This document shows positions 1 through 8,870 of a stretch of 14,119 bases of DNA, one piece after another. Origin of the DNA: Cyanobacteria bacterium J06626_4 (GTDB lineage Bacteria > Cyanobacteriota > Cyanobacteriia > Phormidesmidales > Phormidesmidaceae); NCBI GenBank assembly GCA_038523235.1, contig JBCBJQ010000132.1:1-14119 (forward strand), read 5' to 3'. Below the pieces are notes generated by a model that was not told the origin of the DNA, did no database searches, and saw nothing but the letters and a program-made list of their open reading frames with translations. Every line of letters begins with the position of its first letter. The first letter of the stretch is position 1. The translations under genes were made by a program, and so were the position numbers.

Positions 1-398
1 TCGAGTCTCTCTCTGCTAAAAGGGATACATACTACGGCAGCAATAAATAAAAAAGGTTCTGCCTGGATCATGTAGTTGAGAAAGATGTTGACCGCTCCGG
101 CTCCATTGAGCAGGGCACTAGCAGTCATGACACCGAGAAATACATAGAGCCACTGAATCAGAGATCTCACGATGCCAAGGTGCTTTTTGTCAGTGACTCT
201 GCAAACTACCAGGACATAAATGCAGGCGATCGGAATGATAAAAAAATGAATGAAATTGATGGGGGCAGGAGCCCCAATAGATTGCACAATTCTTGGGAAA
301 AAAGCGCTGGAAAAAGCAATCAACAGCAGTCCAGAACTGGCTAGATAGCCTTTCTCTTTAGAAATGCGATACTGATTTTCGCGAGTAGCATTAAGCAT
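1..398 (-). CDS. N-terminal part of a polytopic membrane protein (possible Wzy/O-antigen polymerase-like), truncated by the window edge
   Basis: Not in the ORF track. Manual translation from the ATG at 398 is open to the window edge: MLNATRENQYRISKEKGYLASSGLLLIAFSSAFFPRIVQSIGAPAPINFIHFFIIPIACIYVLVV...WLYVFLGVMTASALLNGAGAVNIFLNYMIQAEPFLFIAAVVCIPFSRERL. It has several hydrophobic segments and starts 17 nt after the stop of the 416..1597 gene. The Wzy role is inferred from context only. Confidence 0.7.
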   Translation of the reverse strand, partial: MLNATRENQYRISKEKGYLASSGLLLIAFSSAFFPRIVQSIGAPAPINFIHFFIIPIACIYVLVVCRVTDKKHLGIVRSLIQWLYVFLGVMTASALLNGAGAVNIFLNYMIQAEPFLFIAAVVCIPFSRERL

Positions 399-415
399 GA
401 CCGGCACCAATTTTC

Positions 416-1597
416 TCAGAGGGCCAAAAGTTTTTGTCTGTTCTGAATTTTTTCATATATGCTGATGAGCTGCTGATAGTTAGTCTCTTCAGTGTAGTGA
501 TCTAAAAAGCGTTGCCGGGCAGCTTGCCGCATGGCGAAATGACTCGCCGGGTTATTCAAAAACCAAGCAACCTTTTGCGCTAGCTGCTGAGCGTTAGCGG
601 GTTCAAAGTATAAACCTGTCTTGCCGTCGTCAATGAGTTCGGCGATCGCCCCAATCCGAGAGGCAATCACAGGCGTGCCCTTGGCAAACGCTTCGATGGC
701 TACTCGGCCAAACGTTTCATACCACTTTGAAGGAAAAACGAGGACACTGGCCTCACCCATGAGGCAATGAACTTCGGCCATGGGTTGGCGGCCCAACCAT
801 TCAATATTGGGGAAGGCACTGGCAGTCTGTTGCACCATATTCGCTAAGGGGCCATCGCCCACGATCTTTAAGGGGAAAGGGCGCGGGAGGGTTTGCCAGG
901 CCTCAAGTAAGGTATCTAATCCTTTCTCAACTGAAAGTCTACCGACATAAAGCGCAAAGTTGCCCTGGTCGCTGCCCATCCCAGGGTCAGGATAAATAAA
1001 GTTGGGCTTGACCACAATTTTCTCAGCCGGTAGACCGCCTTCGACCAGTTTTTGCTTCGCAAACTGGGTCAATGCAATAAAAACATTGACCTGCTTAAGC
1101 CAGGTTTTCAGGGCTCGATGACTGCTAATCATCGCGGCTACAGACGCACTAGCCAGCCGATTTTTCTTGTAACAGCCATGGACGATCCCGGGATAGGGAA
1201 TAGGTTTACCCACGCAGTCTTCACACACTTTTCCGTCCCGAAAAAAGAGGGCATTGGGGCACACCAATCGATAATTTCGCAATGTTTGGACGACGGGGAC
1301 GCCCTCGGCCTGGGCGGCATAGTATACAGAAGGAGAAATTAGGGGAAAGAAATTTTGTACATGAATCAGATCGTATCGGTGGGTTCTTAGCCGCTGCCGC
1401 ACAAGATCATATGATTGCTGAGACCAAATCGTTTTAAGGGCCAGGTGAATAGAACTATAGTTTTGAATGTCGTGGTTCGTTTCTTCGTAGACATCAACGA
1501 TATGACCGTGATCTCGTAGAAGTTTTTCTTCCAGTTCTCGCGATTCATCTTCTCCACCCCGAATTTGATATTGGTTGTGAATACTTAAGATGCGCAT
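416..1597 (-). CDS. Glycosyltransferase family 4 (GT-B fold)
   Basis: 393 aa. N-terminal MRILSIHN..GGED, YVGRLSVEKG, and a canonical E-x7-E motif (WYETFGRVAIEAFAKGTPVIAS). Overlaps the upstream gene by 13 nt. Confidence 0.93.
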   Translation of the reverse strand: MRILSIHNQYQIRGGEDESRELEEKLLRDHGHIVDVYEETNHDIQNYSSIHLALKTIWSQQSYDLVRQRLRTHRYDLIHVQNFFPLISPSVYYAAQAEGVPVVQTLRNYRLVCPNALFFRDGKVCEDCVGKPIPYPGIVHGCYKKNRLASASVAAMISSHRALKTWLKQVNVFIALTQFAKQKLVEGGLPAEKIVVKPNFIYPDPGMGSDQGNFALYVGRLSVEKGLDTLLEAWQTLPRPFPLKIVGDGPLANMVQQTASAFPNIEWLGRQPMAEVHCLMGEASVLVFPSKWYETFGRVAIEAFAKGTPVIASRIGAIAELIDDGKTGLYFEPANAQQLAQKVAWFLNNPASHFAMRQAARQRFLDHYTEETNYQQLISIYEKIQNRQKLLAL

Positions 1598-2826
1598 GGC
1601 TGAGGGTTCCTACAGATTTTTGTATAGAGCTGTGTCAGAGCCCTGCCTTTGACTTCCCAAGAGAACTGTTCCTGCACTCGTTGTTGCCCCGCTTGGCCCA
1701 TCTGGGTTCTCAGATTGGCGTCTGCCGCTAACCGAACCATGGCGTTAGAGAGGTCATCAACCGTTTGATCGAGGGTGTGGGCCGGTACTTTTATCCCGGT
1801 TTGGTCAGTGACCTGCACACTCGGCCCCCCCAAATCAAGGCAGATGACCGGGCGACCAGTGGCCATCGCTTCGAGGCACACCCAGCCGCCAGAGTCGTGG
1901 AGACTGGCGTGAACCAGTACGTGGCATTGACTGAGATGGCCTAACGTTTCTGGTCGGGGCAATCTCCCTAAAAATTTGACGCGATCGCCCACGCCCAGTT
2001 TTTGAGCTAAGGTCTGCAGATTCGCTTTCTCCGGCCCCTCCCCCAAAATCCAATACTCGGCAGAATCCGGTAGGTCCGCTCTGGCAAACGCCTGAATGCT
2101 GAGGTGTAATCCCTTCCAGTGCAGGAGCCTAGCCATGCTGATGAAACGCATCGCGGTGTCCGGAGGCGATGGACATTCAGATAATTGCTGGATTTCTTCA
2201 GCAGATAAACCCGACTCGGAATAAACCTCGACGGCTGTGGCCCCGATCGCGTGCAGCTGGTGGGCGGTATCCTGGGTGGTTGCCCTGGCTAGCCGACTGC
2301 GGCGGGCGGTCATGCGAGTAAAGGGGTCTAACGCACCGATTTGGTGAGCGATGGCTCTGAGGTACTCATAGAGTTTGGCTCGGAAGCTAAAGTCTGGCCA
2401 AAATGCCTTGGGGGCCACTTCCCCCCCACCGACCGGCCCCCAAATAAACGGCTGGGGCAGTAACGCCAAAAAGCTGGGGGTGGAATATCTGACGTAGGTG
2501 ACGTGATGAATGAGATCAATGATCACCGCTTGCATCAATTGTTTCGCGGCGAAGAAGGCCCCAATCTGCCAAAAGTAATAGTGGGGAACGTGCGCTGGCG
2601 GCAACCAGGCGGCCACGAAGGGGGGAGCGCAATAGACAAAACTTAGATTAGGAATCGGATTTTCGGCCAGTTCGGCCTCAATGGCTGGCTGGTTCTCAGA
2701 TCGCGTCAACACCCAAACCTGATGATGTTTGGCCAGTTCTTTCACCAGATGCCAACCGACCCCAGGTTCAGACCCCATATTGGGACAGCAGGCGTAGGCA
2801 GAGATGAGAATCTTAAGTGCCTTCAT
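1585..2826 (-). CDS. Glycosyltransferase family 4 (GT-B fold)
   Basis: 413 aa. KILISAYAC.P..GSEPGVGW, ARLLHWKG, and a D-x7-E variant motif (LHDSGGWVCLEAMATGRPVI). Confidence 0.92.
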   Translation of the reverse strand: MKALKILISAYACCPNMGSEPGVGWHLVKELAKHHQVWVLTRSENQPAIEAELAENPIPNLSFVYCAPPFVAAWLPPAHVPHYYFWQIGAFFAAKQLMQAVIIDLIHHVTYVRYSTPSFLALLPQPFIWGPVGGGEVAPKAFWPDFSFRAKLYEYLRAIAHQIGALDPFTRMTARRSRLARATTQDTAHQLHAIGATAVEVYSESGLSAEEIQQLSECPSPPDTAMRFISMARLLHWKGLHLSIQAFARADLPDSAEYWILGEGPEKANLQTLAQKLGVGDRVKFLGRLPRPETLGHLSQCHVLVHASLHDSGGWVCLEAMATGRPVICLDLGGPSVQVTDQTGIKVPAHTLDQTVDDLSNAMVRLAADANLRTQMGQAGQQRVQEQFSWEVKGRALTQLYTKICRNPQPCAS

Positions 2827-2837
2827 AGAGGGTCTAT

Positions 2838-3950
2838 CTACTCAAGTGTGTGTTCGTAAACTGCCGCCACGCTTTCGGCATGGCGCTGCCAGGTAAACAA
2901 CCTGGCGCGATCGCATCCGGCAACGACTAATTTTTGGTATTCGACGGGATCTTGCTGCAGCCGCTTGATGGCTGCAGCAATCGCCTGGATATCGGTCGGC
3001 GGGACCAAGATGCCAGCATGGCCCACGACTTCTGGCAGCGCTGTCGTGTTCGAGGCAATCACGGGAGTCCTGCAGGCCATCGCTTCTGCTGGCGTAATGC
3101 CAAACCCTTCGTAAAGCGAAGGCGCAACGAGCACATCGACGGCGTTATACAGTTGCACCAGTTCTGCTTTATCTGGTTTCCCAACATAGGTGACACAATC
3201 CGTAAGATTTTGCTGGGAAATGTAGGTTTTTTGCTCGTTCGTAAAATCTGCACCCGCCTTTAAAAAGTGAACTCGGTGCCCTGCTTGGTGCAGAGCGTCT
3301 AGCACCTTGAGCACCGTGAAGATGTTTTTGCGGGGGTGATTAGAGCCGACATTGAGCAAGCAGAAGGTCTCAGGGGTCAGGTGGTATCGCGATCGCACTG
3401 CCTCAATCTGGGGTTCAGGGAGAGGGCGAAACTGGGCATCAATCCCGTTGTGGGCGGTTTGCAAAGCATCAGGGACGACGTCAAAAATGGCCATCACATC
3501 TTTGGCCGTGTGGTCGGAAACGGTAATGATGTGGTCGGCCTGACGGATGCCGCGCACCGCGTAGCGCCAGATCCAAGTGCTAATCAGGGGAAGCTGGGCC
3601 TGGTGACTGATATTTTCAGGCTGTCTGTAGTTGATCAAATCGTGGCAGGTGACGATCACCCGTCGCTGCTGGTGGCGCAAACCGTAGACCAGATGCCCAT
3701 CGCTGTGGTCAACCACGTGGAACAGATCGATATCAGCCCGGCGCTGCAGTTGTCGAGGCCAGGCCCAGTAGCGCTGGTAGTATTTGCTGACGCGATTGCT
3801 CAGAGAGCCACGATATTCGGCAAAGGTCGGGGTCAGTTCCTCAATGGACCACTCGGGTCGCACCTCTCTGAGCCCTTGGACCAGACCATCGGCGTAAACA
3901 TCCATACTGAACGAGGCCTTTAAGGCTCGTCGAACAATGGCAACTCGCAT
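2838..3950 (-). CDS. Glycosyltransferase family 4 (mannosyltransferase-like subgroup possible)
   Basis: 370 aa. VTCHDLI, ADHIITVS, VGSNHPRKN, PSLYEGFGITPAEAMACRTPVIASN (E-x7-E). Confidence 0.93.
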   Translation of the reverse strand: MRVAIVRRALKASFSMDVYADGLVQGLREVRPEWSIEELTPTFAEYRGSLSNRVSKYYQRYWAWPRQLQRRADIDLFHVVDHSDGHLVYGLRHQQRRVIVTCHDLINYRQPENISHQAQLPLISTWIWRYAVRGIRQADHIITVSDHTAKDVMAIFDVVPDALQTAHNGIDAQFRPLPEPQIEAVRSRYHLTPETFCLLNVGSNHPRKNIFTVLKVLDALHQAGHRVHFLKAGADFTNEQKTYISQQNLTDCVTYVGKPDKAELVQLYNAVDVLVAPSLYEGFGITPAEAMACRTPVIASNTTALPEVVGHAGILVPPTDIQAIAAAIKRLQQDPVEYQKLVVAGCDRARLFTWQRHAESVAAVYEHTLE

Positions 3951-3954
3951 GGCT

Positions 3955-5217
3955 TCAGAGGGTCCTAATGGGAGTTTGAGGGGTCGCCTGGGGAGTCAGT
4001 TTCGTCGGGTTTGAGTGGGCTTGAATCTGATTAATGACTGCCAGGAAGGCCTGCAGCTCAAAATTGAGGTCTTGTCCGACAAAAATTTCCCTCGCCCGAT
4101 CGCTGTAAAGGTAGCGAGTTTGGGGATGGGTCAAGGCCAAGATTGCCTGGGTCAAGGCCGCCCCGTTGCCAGAGGGATACACGAGCCCGTTATAGCGGTG
4201 TTGTACGGTATCGCTATAGCCCCAGTTGCCGCAGCGATCGCTCAAAATCGGCGGGCACCCTGCGGCCATCGCTTCTGAAATCACCAGCGGATGCGGGTCG
4301 CTCCGAGAGGTCGAAACAAAGACATCCATCGCGGCATAGTACAGGGGCAGTTTGCTCTGATTGACAAACCCGACATTCACGACTTCGCCATTCATTTCAG
4401 CCAGTCGTCGATCAATCGCGGGGGCTAGTTCCCCTCCGCCAATCATGACGCCGCGTACCCGAGCATCTTGTTGGTGGGCCTGGGCAATGGCCTCGATAAA
4501 CTCAAAAGGATTCTTGCGTTCGATGTATTTGCCGGTAAAGCAGTAGAGAATGGTGTGCTCGTCCCAGCTGAGGCTTTGGCGCAGGCGTTGAATCTCGTCC
4601 TGGTTTTGGGCAATGCTGGTTTCGTAGCGATCGCGATCAACCGGGTAACAGCCCCGCACCACGACCTCCGGGGACACGCCATAGTGACGCAGGTAAATCT
4701 CATTGTGGTCGCCACTCGCAATCCAATAGTCGGCCAGGTTATACATCCAGGGATACAGCGCCGCCTTAGACAACCGCCGCAGCGGGCTCTGTTGGGCATC
4801 GGTAATGATCGTGGCATCGTTTTGCATGATCAGGGGGATGCCCCGCAGCTTACACAGGAGAATGGCCAGGCGGTAGGAGAGGGTGTAAAAGCTGGGCAAA
4901 AAGACGGCGTCGATCTGGGCTCGGGTCAGGCGATTGATCAGCGCCGGGTTCAGCAATCCTTTGGTCGTCGTGGAAGCCGTTTTCCCGGTCCAGGTCTTCA
5001 AAAACTCGTGCGAATAGCCACCGAGTAGGTCAACATCCCAAGGTTCCGTGCTGCCCAGTTGGCGATCGCCGCCGGTTTGATTTTCATTGCACAGATAAAA
5101 GGTGTGAACTGATAGCCCCGGCTGTTGATTCAACTCCCGCCATAAAGGCGCATGATGTTGAGTGGGATGGGTAAAAACAACCCCTAGGCGAAAGGATTTA
5201 GTCATAGCAGTTCCCAT
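3955..5217 (-). CDS. Glycosyltransferase family 4 (GT-B fold)
   Basis: 420 aa (alternative ATG at 5205). THPTQH, GKYIERKN, GFVNQ, and a D-x7-E variant (SDPHPLVISEAMAAG). Confidence 0.9.
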   Translation of the reverse strand: MGTAMTKSFRLGVVFTHPTQHHAPLWRELNQQPGLSVHTFYLCNENQTGGDRQLGSTEPWDVDLLGGYSHEFLKTWTGKTASTTTKGLLNPALINRLTRAQIDAVFLPSFYTLSYRLAILLCKLRGIPLIMQNDATIITDAQQSPLRRLSKAALYPWMYNLADYWIASGDHNEIYLRHYGVSPEVVVRGCYPVDRDRYETSIAQNQDEIQRLRQSLSWDEHTILYCFTGKYIERKNPFEFIEAIAQAHQQDARVRGVMIGGGELAPAIDRRLAEMNGEVVNVGFVNQSKLPLYYAAMDVFVSTSRSDPHPLVISEAMAAGCPPILSDRCGNWGYSDTVQHRYNGLVYPSGNGAALTQAILALTHPQTRYLYSDRAREIFVGQDLNFELQAFLAVINQIQAHSNPTKLTPQATPQTPIRTL

Positions 5218-5415
5218 GAATGTAGTATCAAAAAAAAGAAGTGGAGAATCGTCTTACGCCTAGATTTAGCAAGCCCCATGTGCAGCTAATAAGCGGCGTA
5301 TTTTCCTAGGACACCGACAACCCTGCTGACCAAACCTACGTAATATGAAATCTCGCATAAATGTAAGCAGTGATGGTTAATTCAGATTATTTGAGAAGCA
5401 CCCTAAACTTGTAGA

Positions 5416-6309
5416 TTACTGAATCCACGAAGTCAAATCTTTAGCAATCAGCGTTTGCAACTGGAGGATATCGTCTCTGTATCCGAGCATGAGTTGATGA
5501 CGGGTTTCTGGATTGAGTTTTGGCTTTTTACCAATGTTCCAGGTTTTGATTTTGGCGGCGACAGTGTGTCTAATTTCCTTCGGCACAACGGCTTGAATTG
5601 TGCTTCTCAGCAAGTTCTTTTGTGAAAAGAAATTTTGTAATGTGCGGCTCTTAGGCATGCCAGAAACATTCTGTCGAGTCATGTCAGGTACAAAGGTGCG
5701 ATCGACGCCCAAAAAGTCATAAATATCGGTTAACACGGCATGGTTATCTTGCTTGAATTCATCAAACAGATAGATCTTGATCTGCTCCGGATTAAATAGC
5801 TCAAAATAGGGTTTGAGTTGGCGATAGTAGTATCCGGCTTCTCGGTAGTGCCAGAGGTGGGCCCAGTTGTTGTGTATTCTTTCTGGTTCGGCTTTCAGGG
5901 CTGCTTCAAAAGAAAGCGTTTCATAGCCCTCTCGTAGCAAGTGGGTATAGCAGGAAAAGGCTCTATCTGCCGGATTTCTCAGAATGACAATGAGCTTCGC
6001 ATCGGGAACATAGTGTTTGATGCGCTTAGCAGCCTTTTCACTGTAAAGATAAAGTGGGGAAGCTTCGCCAATGCCAATTTCGTTAGTCACATCCGCAAAC
6101 AAGTTTTCATATGCTTCTAGGGTGATAATTGAGTTGTAATTAATGGCTGAGTCGGGATTTTGAAAGTTGAGGGTCTCCCCTTCTAAAGCAAAAAATCTGG
6201 GCTCCTTGAGATCGGGCATAAAGATTTGCGAATGCTGCTTGAGGTAATAGTGGAGAGAACTAGTTCCCCCCTTAGCTGAGCCAATAATTAAGAAGTTAGG
6301 CAAGGTCAT
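5416..6309 (-). CDS. PAPS-dependent sulfotransferase
   Basis: 297 aa. 5'-phosphosulfate-binding loop PNFLIIGSAKGGTSSL, KEPRFF, GEASPLY, and 3'-phosphate-binding motif ILRNPADRAFSCY. Confidence 0.92.
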   Translation of the reverse strand: MTLPNFLIIGSAKGGTSSLHYYLKQHSQIFMPDLKEPRFFALEGETLNFQNPDSAINYNSIITLEAYENLFADVTNEIGIGEASPLYLYSEKAAKRIKHYVPDAKLIVILRNPADRAFSCYTHLLREGYETLSFEAALKAEPERIHNNWAHLWHYREAGYYYRQLKPYFELFNPEQIKIYLFDEFKQDNHAVLTDIYDFLGVDRTFVPDMTRQNVSGMPKSRTLQNFFSQKNLLRSTIQAVVPKEIRHTVAAKIKTWNIGKKPKLNPETRHQLMLGYRDDILQLQTLIAKDLTSWIQ

Positions 6310-6347
6310 AAATATGAATCTCTTTATAAGCAGGTGAAGCAGTCAGT

Positions 6348-6435
6348 GGGCACATCCCAGGTTTGTAAATCCATCAATGTTAAGGCGGGCATCTTGCCCG
6401 CGAGCAGGAATAGAAAACCAAAGTGGCATGCACCC
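6348..6435. mobile_element. ~88-bp MITE-like repeat, copy 1 (imperfect TIRs, internal REP-like hairpin)
   Basis: Ends are GGGCACATCCCA...TGGCATGCACCC. Internal perfect hairpin GCGGGCA-TCT-TGCCCGC (6385-6401). About 69/91 identities by hand alignment to the reverse complement of 9821-9910. Confidence 0.75.
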
Positions 6436-6499
6436 ATAATCAATTCAGAGCCAGTTTTAGAATCAAGCGTGAACAGAAAACAGTGATGGCGAGCCATTT

Positions 6500-7606
6500 C
6501 TACTGGCTGATTTCGCCAGCATCCCAACTAATTGCTGTCCGAAATCGGATCAAAATCTGTTGAATCGGTTTGGGTCTAAACTGGGGGGCTAGTAACCACA
6601 CAATGGCGGGTTTAGCTAGCGGGCGGGGCATCATACCCACCCAGATAAACCACAGGCTATACAGCAGTTTTTTAGAACTGTTGAAGCCGGAATATTTCAG
6701 AATGGCGCGAATACCCCAGTAGCTCAGAGCGATCGCCCGATCAGTGGCCACAGGATGCTGCTCGGGCTCTAGCTTGAGGGAGGCTAGCCGAGACCAAACT
6801 CGACCAAAGAACCGATATTCCAGATCAGGGGGAACGGTATAGCCCAGCGCTGCGGCCCGATGTTTCAGCAACTCGCAGCGCTGTATATCGTGACGAATGA
6901 ACCGCCGGAAGCGATCGCAGCTAAAGGTCGCTAAGGCCCATTGGTTGTTGGTGTGAATACGGTAATTGCCCAAGGGCTCTTCAATGGCCTCGACCTGGCC
7001 ATACAGCGGCATGAGCACCGAGAGATAGTCATCGGCGGTCGTCTTAAACGCCTCGGGAATCGGAAATACCTGGGTCATAGCGGTGCGACTAAGCGCATTG
7101 CCACTGGTAGGCACGCCCGCGTAGGAGCCGAAGTTAATCACGATTTGGGTCAAGTCGCCCTGAGAGAGCCGATTGGCCTGGGGATAGGAGACACCGCTCG
7201 GCTGGCCTTGGGCATCAACGACCCGCAACCGATAGTGAATTTTGGCGAGACCGGGTTGCCAGGCCGCCACGATGTTGGCAGCTGCCTGGGGTTCTAGATA
7301 GTCGTCAGCGTCGAGAAAAATGATGATGTCGCCGGTGCTGTGGTTAAAGCCGTTATTAAAGGCAATGCCCTGTTTACTGTTGGGCTGCAACACGGGCGTA
7401 ATCGCATCGCCATAGCCAGCAATGATCTGGCGTGATGAATCGGTGGAGCCATCATCGACCACAATCACTTCGATGTTGGGGTAAGTCTGGTTGAGGGCAC
7501 TGTCGATGGCCTCGGCCAGAAAGCGATCATAGTTGTAGTTATTGATGATGATGCTAACCGTTAGCTCGTCAGCCGTTGGCTGCTGCTCCATGGGCGGTAC
7601 TTCCAT
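6500..7606 (-). CDS. Glycosyltransferase family 2 (GT-A fold)
   Basis: VSIIINNYNY, VIVVDDGSTD, DxD motif FLDADD. Start moved from the track's 7672 (which overlaps the upstream gene) to the ATG at 7606; the ATG at 7591 is also plausible. Confidence 0.9.
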   Translation of the reverse strand: MEVPPMEQQPTADELTVSIIINNYNYDRFLAEAIDSALNQTYPNIEVIVVDDGSTDSSRQIIAGYGDAITPVLQPNSKQGIAFNNGFNHSTGDIIIFLDADDYLEPQAAANIVAAWQPGLAKIHYRLRVVDAQGQPSGVSYPQANRLSQGDLTQIVINFGSYAGVPTSGNALSRTAMTQVFPIPEAFKTTADDYLSVLMPLYGQVEAIEEPLGNYRIHTNNQWALATFSCDRFRRFIRHDIQRCELLKHRAAALGYTVPPDLEYRFFGRVWSRLASLKLEPEQHPVATDRAIALSYWGIRAILKYSGFNSSKKLLYSLWFIWVGMMPRPLAKPAIVWLLAPQFRPKPIQQILIRFRTAISWDAGEISQ

Positions 7607-7614
7607 CTTTAGAC

Positions 7615-8763
7615 CTACGCAACGAGAGTTTGATAGTGGGTTAAAGCAGTGGTGGCGATGGTTTTCCAGCAAAGCTCGTCTAATACATACCGTCGCCCGC
7701 GATCGCCCATCTCCACCCAGTCATCGCGTCGCTGCAAGAGCTGCTCTAACCCGGCTTTGATCGAGGCCACTGCAGGCTGCACCACCACCCCACAGTCACT
7801 GGCGTTGATGTGGGGGGCCACCCCGGCAATCTCGGAGACTAGCAGCACTCGCCCCGCCAGCATGGCTTCCAAAGCTGCCAGGCTAAAGCCCTCGAACCGT
7901 GAGGGGACGCAAAACACATCATGCTGCTGAATCAGTTGAGAGGGGGCCTGGTTGTAGTCGGGGTCGAGGAATTTCACCTGGTGTTGCAAATTCAACTCCG
8001 CGACCCGAGCTTCGAGATTGGCGCGATCGTCGCCGGTGGAGCCCTGAAAGGTGAGCTGCAGAGGATGACTGTGCGAGAGATCGTGAACGGCCTCAACCAA
8101 GAGATCGAGCCCTTTGTTATAGGCATCGAAACGTCCGAGAAACATCAGCCTGACCGGGTTGCCAGGTTGCCAGGGGGCAGGTTCAAAAGAGCTATCTTCC
8201 GGGTGAAAGCCGTTCGGGGTGGCGATGACAGGGGGGGTAATGCCCAGGCGCTGCAGATACTGCTGGTGGCGCTGATCGAGCACCTGAATGCCGATCGCCT
8301 GTTGCAGCATCGGGCGCTCTAGGAGATACCAGTAGGGCCACTTTTTGTGGCGACTGCGGCGAAAAAATTCCGGTGTGTAGGGGTCGTGGGGGGCCACGAT
8401 GTAGGGCACTCGCTGGCGGCGCAGTAAGCGAGAGAGGCTAGAGAGGGTGGGGTGCAAAATGCCGTTGAGAATGACCAAGTCAGAGGGGCGCAGGGTTTGA
8501 CGCAGATACTGGCGTAAATCGGGGGAGAGTTTGAAGGTCGGGCGGTGCTGCACGGGCTGGGCAAAGCACCGAATCGTATAACCGGCAGGGCTTTGCTGCA
8601 CTGTGGTGTGGGTCGATGAAGCCTCGCTGAGAATGGTGACGTCTGCACCGATGGCGGCTAAACCACTGGCGAGGCCGTGCACAGATTTGATCAGGCCCGC
8701 ATACCGATTGTTGAAGTTTTGCCCCTCGGCGGGAAAGTTGCGCAGGTAGAGGTAAAGTCTCAT
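7615..8763 (-). CDS. Glycosyltransferase family 4 (GT-B fold)
   Basis: 382 aa. YIVAPHD, FLGRFDAYNKGLD, PSRFEGFSLAALEAM (E-x7-E). Confidence 0.92.
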   Translation of the reverse strand: MRLYLYLRNFPAEGQNFNNRYAGLIKSVHGLASGLAAIGADVTILSEASSTHTTVQQSPAGYTIRCFAQPVQHRPTFKLSPDLRQYLRQTLRPSDLVILNGILHPTLSSLSRLLRRQRVPYIVAPHDPYTPEFFRRSRHKKWPYWYLLERPMLQQAIGIQVLDQRHQQYLQRLGITPPVIATPNGFHPEDSSFEPAPWQPGNPVRLMFLGRFDAYNKGLDLLVEAVHDLSHSHPLQLTFQGSTGDDRANLEARVAELNLQHQVKFLDPDYNQAPSQLIQQHDVFCVPSRFEGFSLAALEAMLAGRVLLVSEIAGVAPHINASDCGVVVQPAVASIKAGLEQLLQRRDDWVEMGDRGRRYVLDELCWKTIATTALTHYQTLVA

Positions 8764-8870
8764 GGGGCTGGGGCGATTTTATTAAGGTTCAAAAATTAGG
8801 ACGGTCATTAACAGTTTCGGAGCGATCACCCGGGAATCCGCAAGGGATGGCAACACTCACATCGCAGCGA

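Noticed and set aside
5218..5415. NtcA box or defined promoter upstream of the 3955..5217 gene
   Set aside because: TGTAGTATCA looks like a half-site, but no GTA-N8-TAC is completed there and no convincing -35/-10 pair could be assigned.
6324..6527. 67-aa minus-strand ORF (…LLAGKMPALT…)
   Set aside because: It runs through the 88-bp repeat, and AGKMPA is simply the translation of the hairpin GCGGGCAAGATGCCCGC. It overlaps the GT2 3' end and has no recognisable domain.
7607..7672. Extended N-termini given by the ORF track (7672, and likewise 9773, 11208, 12046)
   Set aside because: The extensions overlap upstream genes or precede the domain start without similarity. Downstream ATGs at 7606/7591, 9722, 11121 and 12034 fit better.
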